IMG/VR virus record: IMGVR_UViG_3300021602_000010
Location: 1 to 52,533 of that record
Strand: one strand, 5' to 3'
Source: a virus
Taxonomy: Duplodnaviria; Caudoviricetes
DNA length: 52,533 nt
The notes beneath the pieces were generated by a model. That model saw only the letters and a list, made by a program, of their open reading frames with translations, was not told where the DNA came from and did not search any database. Every line of letters begins with the position of its first letter. Position 1 is the stretch's first letter. A program made the position numbers and the translations under genes. This document shows positions 9,980 to 22,600 of this stretch, piece by piece.

Positions 9980-9987
9980 TATTTAGA
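9980..9987 (-). promoter_or_regulatory. T4-type late promoter (TCTAAATA)
   Basis: NNTAAATA in the intergenic gap, followed by CTCATAGGAGTGATAG-ATG. Confidence 0.6.
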
Positions 9988-10011
9988 TGGATTTGAGAGG
10001 GGCGAAATTAA

Positions 10012-10983
10012 TTAACTGCCCGAAACCGAGCCGGCTAGGGTGATGGTTCCCCAAGTATTTGCAAGATATGTCAGTTCCGGTGGTTTCACCGTAAGTGTAG
10101 TCGCCGAACCCGACGATACAGTAAGGCCGTTTGGAATTTCATCCCAAACAGTATAGAAGGTAATGACGCTGCCAGCGTCTCCATTAGATCCCTGTGTACC
10201 ATTGGATTTAGTAAGCACATTAATAAAGGTACCTAGATAGCCAGATGGGCCCGTTGATGCAGTCTGGAAGTATACGTTGGCATTCGTAATTGTCTGAGCG
10301 AAGTATCCGGATCCAGTGACATACACTGTCGGAGCAGTACCACCGCCCCCGACTCTAGTTAGTCCGGTGTATGAGCTACCAACTACAGTAATAGTCTCAG
10401 AAGTGGGGGCGCTCATAGTAAGTGTGCCGATATTAGATGCCAAACCATTTAGTAACAAGTTTATCCCGGTGCCGGCTGGGTGTGAACACGTCAGTGATAG
10501 TTGACCACCTGAATTAAAGAAATACCGAGCAGCATCGCCGTTGGCAAATGACGCTGTGTGAACGAAAGTAATCGCATTCACCCAAGTAGAACCATATGTC
10601 GCCGTGTTAGAAGAGGTGGTTCCTTGTGTAGCAGCATTGAGTTTGTTTGAATAAATTGTATTTAGGTTGGTCTGAATGTTAGCCTGATATGTAACTGAGC
10701 CGCCTACTACTGCACTTACCACACTACTCAGTGATGATCCTTGGTGGGAACCGCAGTTAGCAGTTTTCCCCATCAAACCAGTGAAAGCAGCAACGTTTCC
10801 CCACTCAGTGGCGCTGACAGATTGCCCTGTGATAACTGTGGCCAGCGGGGACTGGCCGTACCCATTTTTTGTACCGCCAGTGGCCCAAACTGTGTTTAGC
10901 ACATTGGTCGCTGTCGTCGGGTTTGTGCCGACCATTGTGTTATAGTCTGTAGCTTGTACTAATCCATATTGTGCCCAAGTCAT
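10012..10983 (-). CDS. Virion structural protein (tail fibre/baseplate associated)
   Basis: Gly/Thr/Ser-rich; GYGQ and ARYFFNSGG motifs typical of jumbo-phage structural proteins; adjacent to the fibre gene. Confidence 0.7.
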   Translation of the reverse strand: MTWAQYGLVQATDYNTMVGTNPTTATNVLNTVWATGGTKNGYGQSPLATVITGQSVSATEWGNVAAFTGLMGKTANCGSHQGSSLSSVVSAVVGGSVTYQANIQTNLNTIYSNKLNAATQGTTSSNTATYGSTWVNAITFVHTASFANGDAARYFFNSGGQLSLTCSHPAGTGINLLLNGLASNIGTLTMSAPTSETITVVGSSYTGLTRVGGGGTAPTVYVTGSGYFAQTITNANVYFQTASTGPSGYLGTFINVLTKSNGTQGSNGDAGSVITFYTVWDEIPNGLTVSSGSATTLTVKPPELTYLANTWGTITLAGSVSGS

Positions 10984-10986
10984 TTT

Positions 10987-12189
10987 TTATCCTTTAATTG
11001 TTACGATTGATTCAACGGTGCCAAGATCAGTTGTGAACTTATCTACGAGTGATCGCCCAATTGTATTAAACGCATTTGCCTCACCTTCACCGGCGGCCCT
11101 TGCAACACCATCTCCGGCACTAACTAATCTGTCACCTTTTCTTACCAGTCCAAATACCTTTACTGGCACCCGTCCGCCAATTGCCACTGCCGGATGAGTT
11201 TTATCATCCCCGGCGGCGGCATTCATTAGATATGCAGCATTTGTGCTGATGACACCGAGCACATTCTCACTCAATGCATTCTTCACTGCGGTAATTTCTG
11301 CTGAACCACCGATTTCAACAACAGTTCCTGCTTCATATTCAGCATCCGCAGCGAAGCGTTCAGCTAAGTCAGCGTAAGTTGCATTAAATTTTGATCCGGC
11401 AGTTAACGTCCAGTTACCAGTAATGGCACCTACGTTGGCGGTGCCACCAGCTGTTAAGTTACCTCCCCTGAAGATGACTACACCTGATGCTGCTCCAACT
11501 GTGCCGGTGTAGGTTGGTAGATACGCGCCTACATTTGCATCATTGTACGTTCCAGCGAATGAGACCGGATCTCCGTTTGCATAGAAATAGTTGTCAGTTC
11601 TGATACCAACTGTACTAAGGTTACCACCGGCAACAGTAAACGCATTTCCTGTTCCAGTTACTGTCCATGTTCCAGTCATGGCACCAGTTGTTCCTGCGGC
11701 GCCAGTGGTAATAATGCGAGTGTTTGCAGTTCCTACATTGAGCGTGGTGACATTTGCAGTGGCAATAGTTGCTACTGCGGTCACAGATAAATTAGTAAAG
11801 GTGCCATTGGCACCAGATACGTTGTTAGTGGCAATGACGTTATTTGCCTGAAGATCACCGGTTACTGTAACTGCACCGAATGTAGTTGTCCCTGAACTAC
11901 CAGACTGAGCCAGAGTCAGCCAAGAAGCGGGATTAGTGGTGCCGTCAGCAGGACAAACACATAGCGCATTGGCGTTTGTATTATACCATAATTGACCGCG
12001 AATTGGATTTGCCGGAGGCGAAGTGTAGGCAAAGTTTTCAAGTTGGTGAACAATGTTAGTGTCCAATGTGGCCCCGTAACCTGCATAATTTCTACCCGGA
12101 AGTCCCTGAGTTGTGCTAGTGGTGTTAATAGTACCATCTGCGATAGTAGTCAGTACTGTTCCGTCACTTTTAACAATTGTATATGCCAT
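10987..12189 (-). CDS. Tail fibre-like protein with C-terminal intramolecular-chaperone/autocleavage (peptidase G2/S74-like) domain
   Basis: N-terminal MAYTI...G.NYAGYG...LENFA...P..P..GQLWY attachment module; G/T/N-rich shaft; C-terminal YADLAERF..D..YEAGTVVEIGG...GRVPVKV.G.V.KGD.LV. Confidence 0.75.
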   Translation of the reverse strand: MAYTIVKSDGTVLTTIADGTINTTSTTQGLPGRNYAGYGATLDTNIVHQLENFAYTSPPANPIRGQLWYNTNANALCVCPADGTTNPASWLTLAQSGSSGTTTFGAVTVTGDLQANNVIATNNVSGANGTFTNLSVTAVATIATANVTTLNVGTANTRIITTGAAGTTGAMTGTWTVTGTGNAFTVAGGNLSTVGIRTDNYFYANGDPVSFAGTYNDANVGAYLPTYTGTVGAASGVVIFRGGNLTAGGTANVGAITGNWTLTAGSKFNATYADLAERFAADAEYEAGTVVEIGGSAEITAVKNALSENVLGVISTNAAYLMNAAAGDDKTHPAVAIGGRVPVKVFGLVRKGDRLVSAGDGVARAAGEGEANAFNTIGRSLVDKFTTDLGTVESIVTIKG

Positions 12190-12208
12190 TTTATTCTTTC
12201 CGATATTG

Positions 12209-12216
12209 TATTTATC
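12209..12216 (-). promoter_or_regulatory. T4-type late promoter (GATAAATA)
   Basis: Intergenic, upstream of the tail-fibre ATG at 12189. Confidence 0.6.
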
Positions 12217-12833
12217 TAGATAGTAACCATATTAGTTAACGCCTGGATACGCACAGTATAATCTATCTGGATCTGCCTGTTCAGACTCTTTTGAACAGGG
12301 TGAAAAATAACGTGGGTGAGCAGCCGGGTTATGATGTTACCGCTAGAATCAGTGCCGTAGTTCGCCAGAAGCCCTAGTTCATCAAAAACATACGTGGAAT
12401 CGGTATGGGTGCTGTTATCAAACGCTGCCTGCCCCGACGGTTCACCATAATCTAACAGACATTGGACCAGAATATCAGTATAAACCTTGCTTGTGGTATG
12501 TGTCACTGTCATCTTATTTCTAGTAGGATCCAGGTTAAAAACGCTGGTGTCATCTACGATTTTTTCATAGGTTTGGTTGTAAAGGGCGGCGTTTTGACCA
12601 GTGGTATTCGGAGGCAGATATGTAATGACGCCCGTTTCTGAAACTGAAGCACCCCCATTACCGAATGCCATTTGGTAAATTTCTCCGTAACCACGACTGC
12701 TTAGTGTATCGGCTAATGCTTCGGACATTGTTTCGTAGTTAATCTGGTTATCTTTATCAACAAAGATTTCCTTAGTAATTGGGTCAAATATTTTAATATG
12801 ACCTTTAACACCAATTGTAATAATCTGCTCCAT
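12216..12833 (-). CDS. Conserved virion structural protein
   Basis: GHIKIFD, MAFGNGG, LDYGEP, FDELGL and HVIFHPVQKSLNR.IQIDYTVRI motifs; structural-module context. Confidence 0.7.
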   Translation of the reverse strand: MEQIITIGVKGHIKIFDPITKEIFVDKDNQINYETMSEALADTLSSRGYGEIYQMAFGNGGASVSETGVITYLPPNTTGQNAALYNQTYEKIVDDTSVFNLDPTRNKMTVTHTTSKVYTDILVQCLLDYGEPSGQAAFDNSTHTDSTYVFDELGLLANYGTDSSGNIITRLLTHVIFHPVQKSLNRQIQIDYTVRIQALTNMVTI

Positions 12834-13498
12834 TATACTTCCTTATCCCTTTTGCTGGCATTGCAGCCTGTGCCATGTCTAATTGCTGTCCATCCGTTTC
12901 TACTATTGTAAATTTCACTGAAATTTAGTTGCGAATCTCTTACCCACTTCCTAAGTGCTGTTATTTGCAGTGCGGTTCCATCCGGTGTTATTACGGTCCA
13001 GGAAAGTGCGTTATGATTTTTTTCACCTGTACGCTGCTCTGTCATTAATTTCTTTGTTGATTCTTTGGCTTTCGTACCTAGTTTTTTGTTACGCATTAAT
13101 TGCCGTGCGGCTGGACTCTTAACACTCCCGGTTCTATGCTCTGCTATCTTTTTGCAATGTTCCTCGCTGCGAGGGCGCTTGTGCTTTACTCCCAACGGAG
13201 ATCCGCCTGGCCCATAATGATCTGTTTTGTTATAATAGCTAGGATCAGTTTTAACATTATTGGGTTTTAGATATTGCTTCGCTTCTATTGTTCTAAGTTC
13301 TTTATTTTCGATATCACCGCAGTCTTCTATAACAATCTTAATAAACACGGCGACCCCTAATATTTCAATATCTCTCCTAAGGTCGCGACTTGAACCAAAA
13401 TACTTTGGATTGTTATTTTGGTCACTGCCAAGGTATCGCCAGGGGCAAATGCCTTGTTCTTTGTTATGTAAATTAATTGTCTCGTAAATTATCGCCAT
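12833..13498 (-). CDS. Free-standing GIY-YIG (Seg-like) homing endonuclease with NUMOD3-like repeats
   Basis: IIYETIN...YLGS...YFGSS...E...YYN catalytic domain, followed by three helical repeats (RSEEHCKKIAEHRTG, KSPAARQLMRNKKLG, AKESTKKLMTEQRTG). Confidence 0.8.
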   Translation of the reverse strand: MAIIYETINLHNKEQGICPWRYLGSDQNNNPKYFGSSRDLRRDIEILGVAVFIKIVIEDCGDIENKELRTIEAKQYLKPNNVKTDPSYYNKTDHYGPGGSPLGVKHKRPRSEEHCKKIAEHRTGSVKSPAARQLMRNKKLGTKAKESTKKLMTEQRTGEKNHNALSWTVITPDGTALQITALRKWVRDSQLNFSEIYNSRNGWTAIRHGTGCNASKRDKEV

Positions 13499-13502
13499 AT
13501 CA

Positions 13503-13634
13503 TTAATCGCCCCGTGTTTGTACTAAAATTTCTTTGGTTTCAGGATCAGTAATCTTCAGAAAAGACGAAAAGTAAAATCCACCAGATTCATCCGGGGTCA
13601 CTTCTGGCTTCTCTTTAGGCTCATCCGTATTCAT
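13503..13634 (-). CDS. 43-aa small late protein resembling the N-terminus of 12216..12833
   Basis: Not in the ORF track: MNTDEPKEKPEVTPDESGGFYFSSFLKITDPETKEILVQTRGD*. It fills the gap and is preceded by GATAAATA. Confidence 0.7.
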   Translation of the reverse strand: MNTDEPKEKPEVTPDESGGFYFSSFLKITDPETKEILVQTRGD

Positions 13635-13639
13635 ATCTT

Positions 13640-13647
13640 TATTTATC
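13640..13647 (-). promoter_or_regulatory. T4-type late promoter (GATAAATA)
   Basis: 5 nt upstream of ATG 13634. Confidence 0.6.
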
Positions 13648-16600
13648 ATTGGTTATTACTCGTTCTTAGGAAAACGGCTCCGGTTGTATCGCTGATTTGC
13701 AGTGGCAACGCTGACTCACCAGATATGAAGTTCCATGAACTGTCGTAAATAGGAGTTGCCATTCTATTCTCGGAAAGTACTCCATAAACTTCTGTGTACT
13801 TAGGAATCAGGGCGCGAACACCGGTTCCATTGGTACCTCTTTGAAGCCCACTGATTGAATTTGCACTAAAATCAACTATAGTGAACCTGATTTGTTCCCC
13901 GAACACATAAATCAGATTGCCCTCAATCGTGGTGATGGTCAATGAGTCACCAGTAGACACCTCAACAGTAATATTAACGACTGGGGCAGTATCTACAGTT
14001 CCCACAAAGTAACTTGTCGGATTCAGTGTTGTACTAGTTGTATTATTGTACACGATGACTTGAGAAATGATGCGCTTATCAGCCAGTAAACCAATAGTCC
14101 TGTTTCCATATAGACCAATGGCAGGTGCCGTAGCATTTTGCACAATGGTGTTGGTGATCTTAGATAGATCATCCACGTAAATGACTTCATCAGTAAAGAC
14201 AAGTGGTTCAACTAACCAGGTCCGTGACTCCGGTCCTGCTCTAAAGACCGACCCGGTGCTGGATTTGTTGACATTCTGAATATACACAAGTTCATTTGGT
14301 GTTGCACTTGGCATCATTCTCGTAATTGTCACTGTATCCAACGGGTTAATCTCTGTTAATATGCTTAGGTTGTTTTCAGGATTAATGCGAAGCGATGACG
14401 ATGGTACCCGATATCCATTCACAGTAACCCATAGACGATCCACATTCGTTTGTTCCCATTGTGTGAGGCTCATGCTACCCGAGTCTGTCGTCGGAACAAA
14501 CTCCGCACCCTGGTATGTCTCAGAGATAGTAATCTCAGATGCTCCTACGTTAATAGCTAGAATGTAGTAAGTTCTCCCGGATTCTATTGTACCAAAGGTA
14601 TTACCGGAGAATACGACAGGGGTGTCAATGATTAGATCCACTATACTATTACATTTGATGGGACCACTGGCGTATGTATCAGTGACGAGTGTGTTTATCA
14701 TGGTGAAAGTGCCTGCGAGCCATGCGTAACCACCACCGCCCCAGGTATTAATATCTGTCACCGGGTAGTTTATAGAGCCGAACTCAGGGTAATACCAGTC
14801 AGAATACAGATCAAACGACACATCAGTAATTTTCTTGGCATAGAATACATTGTTATTCAGTTGAAGTGATCCAATGGTACCGTCTATCATAACGCGGTCG
14901 TTATCAACGAAGCCGTGCGGAATGCCCGTGGTGATTCTTACTGCAGGAGTTCCGCCGACTGTAGCAACCATTGGTGTTGCACTATTTGATAGTGCAAATA
15001 CAGCACCGCCCAAGGTGTCGGATATGGTAAACGTGTTAATGGATGCAACGTTCTTCACGTAATAGACAGTCCCGGTGACATCAATGTTACCTATAGTCGG
15101 TCCACCTGCAACCACCTGGAAGATAACCGTTTGATCAGCAATGAACCCGGTGGTGCTATCACATGTTATCAAATTGGTACCGACGGCAGTTGAGATTACA
15201 TTAGTTCTGGCAATTGGCAGAGTAATCATATTGCTGACATTGGTAAGCCCTGCAACAATCTTACCAGCGATGCCATAGTCAGTATATAGATACTGGCGAG
15301 CAGTCAGATTGTAAGTAGTTATGGCAATCAGGTCAGTACCAGCTGGTGCTCCTGAGAACGTGATTGTATTAAGTGCAGGATCAATGGTATATCCGCTTTC
15401 CAATCGGAGTCCGTTCATCTCAACAATGGCATTCGTTGGGTTATCCCCATCAACGTATCCGCTTATCGGGAATACCAATGACACGTTATCACCATAGAAA
15501 GTTTGTGTCTCTGGCAGAGTGTATCCATACTGAGCCGGTGTTGTTTCGCCGAATACCGTGTATGTCAGATAATCTGTTTGATCATATGAGGCAGCAAAGA
15601 TTATCTTGGCTGATATTCCATTATCGGCAATGCCGAAAGCGTAATCATTCACAATGACCAGAGCACCTCCCCATGCATTTGTTAATGGCAATTCAAAGCC
15701 AGGGTTTAGCGGATCCTCAAGAGTGAACTCGTTGACATCAAATATACTAAGCACAGTATAAACAGTATTCGGTTCAATCACACCACCAAACATACTAGCA
15801 TCAAATACCACCGAGCAACCAACAACCATACCTGCAGTGGTATTACATGTCACGGCATTGTTTGATGCCTTAGTCTGTGTAACTGTGCTGTAGGAGCCGA
15901 ATAACAATGGTGTTCCGTTGCAATGGACAATAGGTGTCGTCCACGGAGTGCCTTCTCCTATTTGGATGATAACGCTCATGCTGCCTATGTCAGCAGTCAG
16001 AACAAAAGTTGATCCTGCTATACCCGATACTTGAGTAGCGGATATCGTAATCTTGTGTGTGACCAAACTAATGGTCTTCACGTAGTAAGTCGTATCCTCA
16101 GCAACTCCACCGAACACAGCGCCTTGGAAAGACACAGGCCCGTTTAGAATAAACTTCTCAATGCCAGTACATGTAATGGTGTTATCCGGACTAGCATCAG
16201 TCTCAGTTGCCAACACTTGAATTGGATCTGACCCCTGCATGATTACTCCGGATCCGGATGCTATAGGTGCAGAATAGTTACAGTTCAACACCACTTCATT
16301 GAAGCCCGTTAGAGTGTTCATCATTAGTGGATCAATCTGTGTATTTGACTTTTCAAGTTGGTCGCCGTTACCAACTTCATACACATCAAGTCGTAGACTT
16401 TCCGTACCATACGTCAATGGTGTGTTCAGCACGACAATCTTATTGATCCAGTCAACTGAGTAATCCATGGAGTAGAGAGAGGTTGCAAGACCAGTTGCAC
16501 GATTGATGATGGCAAGCGCAACCTGAGCAGGAACCTGAACGACATTGACAAAACTATATGAAGTTTGTAATGCTGTAGTCGGAACCAGTTCATTGGATAC

Positions 16601-19600
16601 AACGTTGTATCCGACATGTGCATATTGCTGTGCAGACCAACTTGTCCCTGGCCGTGTAGTCACAACCATAGACAGGTTATCACTGATTACCCCGGGAACA
16701 AGTTCTTCCGGTCCATAACCAGATGTGAACGTGTCGCCTTGGATGACATATTCAGCGGATCCCAACGTGGTAAACGGCTGATCCTGTAAAATCGTATCCA
16801 GAGTAAACTCGTCATTAGGATCAAACGCATTACCATAGTAGGTACCGTTAGGATACGTGACTCCGTTGACCAGTTGTGTGAAGTCAAGCCCCGGCATATT
16901 CACCGTTGGCTGATAGTAACCAAATATACGATCCAAGGCATTGATCTTTATATTCTCACTCAACAGAAGTTCCCACTTACCAAAGACAAATGTCGGGTCA
17001 TTATTGCTGATGATACATTGATAAAGTTGATGATTATATCTGACAATGCTCTGATCAAAGTAGAACGGTTCAGGTAGAACAACGTAGTCGCCAACCTTAG
17101 CCATGGTGCATGAGCCTATCTCGTCGGACACCGCCACAATTGAACTAGGTGTGTTGATAGCAGTTAGAATATTCATGGTGTTCAGGAAATAGTCAATGTT
17201 GTATGTATAATAAACCTTTCCGACTTCTATTCCACCGAATACATCTCCTGTAAATAAGACCGGATCATTATCGCTGAATTCACTAAGATCAGCAAAGGAC
17301 AAGGTAAATGGCGATGAAGTGTTTTCCAATGTAGCAGATGTAATTCCCTTATATATGAATGAATCTACATTCACTGGTTGAGTCATTAATGGATCAGTGA
17401 AAACTTCGCACTCGGTTGCTGCTACTACCTTTAAGTAGTATTGGGTGACGATTTCATTTGGTGTTCCTGATGCGGCCGCCATGTACAACTTACCAATGCC
17501 ATTGTCAGTAACCGTCATGTATCCAGTATCGTCGGTCAGAGTTATCGTTGGGTCACCACGTACCTCAGAGATGGCGATTGTGTTCGTAGATAGAACGGTA
17601 ACATAATAAACTTGCCCTATTACGATACTACCAAATGATGTCCCACTGAATGTAATCGGATCATCGTTTTCAAGACCGAGTGTGGTGTCACATGTAATTT
17701 CACCAGCGGCGGTAGAGGTGGATGCATATACAATGACACTTATGTTATTTACAGTGAGGACCAGATCATTATCAGGAGATACACCGTCTAAATCAGTACC
17801 CGGTATTGTTAAGGTATTGCCCACAGCGAACCCGCTACCAGGATTGGTGATCATTGTGCGATATCCACCGCGGATCCAGCTTACATCAAACCGTGCTGCG
17901 ACAGCTGGGTCAGCTACCTGAGTTATCGCTGTTTGTGCCGAGTCATCTGAAAGAGCGATAACGGCTCCACCGACGGCAGCAGATACTTTAATGTAGGTCT
18001 CACCAGTAACTGTCATTCTCAGTGGTCCTACGTATGATGCCGGCGTAAATCCAATAACAGTGAAGGTAAAGCTGTCAACAACTGCTGCAACAATATACGA
18101 AACGTTCAGTTGGGTTCCACCCAATGATGTTCCACTGAATGTAACAGGCATCCCGGCGTAGAATCCCGCAGTGCTTGGGCAAGTGAAGCCAGATACTCCG
18201 GTTGCAGAAACTACAGTACCCACTGTTCCAATTTCTCTGATGTAATAAGTGGTACCGGTTGTCAATCCACCGTAATTATCTGATACCTTCACCGGCATAT
18301 TTATGTACGCATCAGATAGCCATCTGCTATCAGCCCATACTGATAACTGATTAACAGTTGACAGCGCCGAACGAACAATGCTCGTCACCAGATTACCTAT
18401 TGGCAGTGAAGGTGACAGTCCTGGTTTTTGTGATGATGTTGGGTAGAACGATACTAACTGGCCGTTGACTTGACCTGGACTGATAGGCAGACCAACGTTG
18501 ATCGTCATGCTGCCAGTATCAGTCGTAAGTTGAACGATATCGGCCTGGTTAGTCATATGACATGATCCAGCGTCGGTGCCCGGGTCAAGCACTGACCCGA
18601 AAGGAACGGCCATTAAGGTGAAAAGATTGTAATCATCAATGGAATGAATATAGTATGTGACACCCGAAACAATATTTCCGAACACATTCGCCGGGACCCC
18701 GAGCGAAACCATATTGTTGAAGATGACTGGATCTCCTACTGTCAGTGCCCATGTGCCTTCACCAGTAACTTGATTGGTTCCTGAACTAACTGAAGTAATA
18801 GTAAGTATCGTCGGCGCACTATTCTTTGAGATGGTAATGGTTTGATTATCCACTACTGTGGTAACGTAGTATGGCTCATTTTCAATGATGCCGCCTATCA
18901 TTGTTCCGACGAAGAAGATAGGTAGTCCTGGATAGAACCCAGTGGTTCCGGCGTTACCACTCGGAGTCATTGGGATAGTAAGATAGTTAGTGATGGTAGC
19001 AGAGTTAGTCACCGTTGAAATACCAGGATAATCAATGGTCACGAACGTTCTGTACACCACTTCACCAATATAGCATAACAATCCGGCTACGCTTATTGTC
19101 AAGTCAGATAGTACAACCGGAACACCATTACCATCTACAAGAGTGAAGTCTGTGTCGTTGATAATGGAACCTACGTAGTAGATCGTTTCGTTCACAAGTC
19201 CCGAGGTTCCAACAGCCCCGTCAAAACGGACTGGCATACCAACGTAGAAGCCGAGCGTTGGTCCGAATAACGGTGTCACTTCTGCACCACCTTCAGATGG
19301 GATGATAGTTATTATGTTTCCTGTAGCAGAGGTAGCTGTTACGTTTCTTGTACGGCCTGACCATGTCAACGTATCGGTTCCACGGAAAGATTCTAATTCA
19401 AACGCAGCACCAGAAGCACTGGCCATAACAGAATCTATAACTGGAAATTCACTGTCAAGTAACAGAGAGGAACTGGCTAGAATCGGTCCACTACCAAAAT
19501 CACCGGCGAAGAAAGATCCATAGAACGCAGATTCTTTCCAGTCAACGATCTTTGATCCATAGCTTGTTCGGTCAAACTTTATGGATATCTGATTTTCTCT

Positions 19601-22600
19601 TATCGGAGAAGCGGTAGAAACACATGATGCCCGAGCAGTAACGTTAAGATAACTATCACCGGTTCCAGTAGAGTAAATGATTACTCTATCTGTATCAGTA
19701 AGAGAGTTTGAGTAGTTTGTGTACAGGGCCACGATGAATGTTGGCACTGTTTGTAACACACCAACATAGTAGTATTGATTGTCGTCAAGACCACCTGGTA
19801 TCGTGGTGCCCACTGCCGAGTTGAACTTGATTAGATCACCAGTGGCAAGCAATGGCGTTGAAAGTTCAATGGTGCTTGTCAGAGTATTCACACTTGACGA
19901 TGCAAAGGTAACTACGATAGATGGTTCAATGACGATATCTGGAAGGACCATGTAGCCCTCACCAGGGTCAACCACAGTGACACTCTGTATTGTGTCAAGG
20001 CTCATCACCGGAACTAAAACTGCCTCACGAATCGGCGGTGGATAAAGAGTGGTGTCTATGACTGCTGTAATTCTTGGTGGGTTGCCGTATGCTCTTCCGG
20101 CATCAAGCAGTAATACAGCTGGTAGGTCAATGTAGATAGGCTCATCGGGAAGATGGGTTGTAACGTTAGTTCCATTTACACCACGGGTAAGACCATTGAG
20201 AGTACTCAGTGACCTATTCACATTTGAATAGCCAATCAACTCTGTGCCTATTCTGATGACACCAGATACTGGGAAACCAAATGGATTGTTGACTGCGAAT
20301 GAGGACGAGTTTAACGCAATATACGAAGTGGTAAATGTAATCTGGTAGTTATCGATACCAGTCAGGCTTACACCACGGTTTTGATACCAGGCAGCATATG
20401 GCTGTGTTTGCCAGATTGGATCACCGAGGGCGTACTCACTATCACCACTGGCGTTTGCGTACACTAACTCAGGAGAGATGAACTGATTTACTGACGATGT
20501 CCATTGGGCGGGGATATCAAAGTCGGTTATGTTGCCACCGTAAACTTCTGTCCCGGTATACTTGAACACAAATTCCTTGATGACCACGTGGTATGGCTTG
20601 GTCTCATTGAGATATCCAGTAAGGAAGTCTTGATTATCTGATTGGAAAACAGATATCGGACGCAACTCACGAATCGTATGGTCAACATCAATAAAGGATG
20701 TCTTATTCAACCACGGCAGATAGTTCTGTGTTTCACCGGTCTCGCTCTGGATGTATTCAAACAACAGAACAAGACTCTTATTACGGTGAATTAGCAACTC
20801 ATTAGAATATATTTCTTCATTCAGCGCACGAATAATCTGACGGGTTTCTTCTGATGGGTAAAGATCAAATACAGAGGTGTCAAAGAAGTTATCTCCGAAA
20901 CCAAGGCGATACGTTTCATAATCCCAAAGTGCTGCTTTGAACGCAATCGTCCCGCTTTGCAGACCGATTCTCTCCCATGTTCCGAGAGAAGTATACACGT
21001 ATGTTTCTGACTTACCAACACCATTAGTCTGCACAGATACGATTAGACCAACGGCCGCATTTATGGCGTATAAATCAGCATACACAGGAACCTGAATGGC
21101 CGCTTTAGTATTGTCATCATATCCTGGTGCCCACCAGTTGATGAACTCCCAATATTTCATGGTATCAAAGAATATCTCTGATGAGCCAATCCATGCGGGG
21201 TTACTAAGAGTTGACGGGTTCACATCTCCGACTGTCTTAAGGAAGAATGCCGGGCGTGATTCAGCAATAGGATATTGTGCCAGCACTTCATTGGCATACG
21301 TCAGATAGTTTTTCAAAGCACCGAATCGGTTGTAGAAGAAACTTTGACGAGGGCGCGATTGAATACCAGTTTGAACCATCAAAGGCAGATACGGATCAGG
21401 AACTACTGAGCCTGCATCATCAACGCCGCACAAGCTGTCAAGCATCTTGATGTACAAAGATTCTGGTATGGTAATGGATGATGTGTTCGGTAGTCCTGGC
21501 AAGAAGTCATCAGCATAATCAGTTCTGATTAAATTGAACAGGGAGTGAGATACGTCATCGTTGGTACCAGTTAGATATCCGATATGAAGCACTGAGTCGT
21601 TAGCATTTATATTCTCACCGGAGTTATACATTGCAAACACATTCTGACGCACGGGTGCAAAGTAACTTATACCGGTGTTTTGTGGATACGTAATGTATGA
21701 CTCAAGTACGGTATCAGAAAGAGTTTTTCCAATAGCAGTAAACACCACGTTGGTGTTACGCACCCAATAGAAATATTGTGGTACTAATTGACCAGCAGGA
21801 TTTAGTATTTGTTCGGTTGAGTACGAGGTAACGTCATATGGTGTACCTGGACCCGGATACTGACTTGGTAGGTAGTTGCTTACTACCCAGCTATAGATTG
21901 ACACATTGCTACCAGGAAACACCGTTCCCCAATATCTGCTGTCATACACTACATCACCTTGGTGATAGTTAACAAAGCGAGTGTTCGTGGTGTTAAACCA
22001 AAGTTGACCAACTTTATCTGAACCCCATACTAAGCCGCCACGCGAATATCCAGCAGGATCAACATTTGAGATGACATCAATATTTTCTCTGATGGCGCCA
22101 AGCAGTTTACCTTGTAACGGATCCATGAAGTCAAGGTTGTCCAGTGTGGTGTTAGTCAATGCACTGAACAACTGAATGTCCTGTATACGTGCCACATCAA
22201 CGATCGGACCTGATTGTCTATGGACTGCCCAATCTGTTCCGATAGTAGTTGTGTACTTAGTCACTTGACCATTGATGTCACCTGGCCTGAATCCGGGTGT
22301 ACCAATCATAACAACGTTGCTATTGAACTCCAATGCATGTCCATACATCGGTTGTGCGCCGTAATTAGCGTTAATGTCATTGATGCTTTGTGCATACACG
22401 AAGTTACCAATGTTTGTCAGACTTTCTGCATAGTTACCAAGATAATCAAACATGTATACAGCACCGGCATTGGCAAACGTATCAACCCACTGGGTGGTAT
22501 TGTTGTCAAATACAGTATCGTTATCGTTTTCATCATCGGTGAAGTCAAACGTTGTTGCTTCAAATCGGGTCCCAGACGGAGCAGATGCTACGAATGAGCC

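Noticed and set aside
12833-13498. Possible group I intron carrying the GIY-YIG gene
   Set aside because: The flanks leave 4 nt and 0 nt, so there is no room for a ribozyme core; both neighbours have their own starts and stops.
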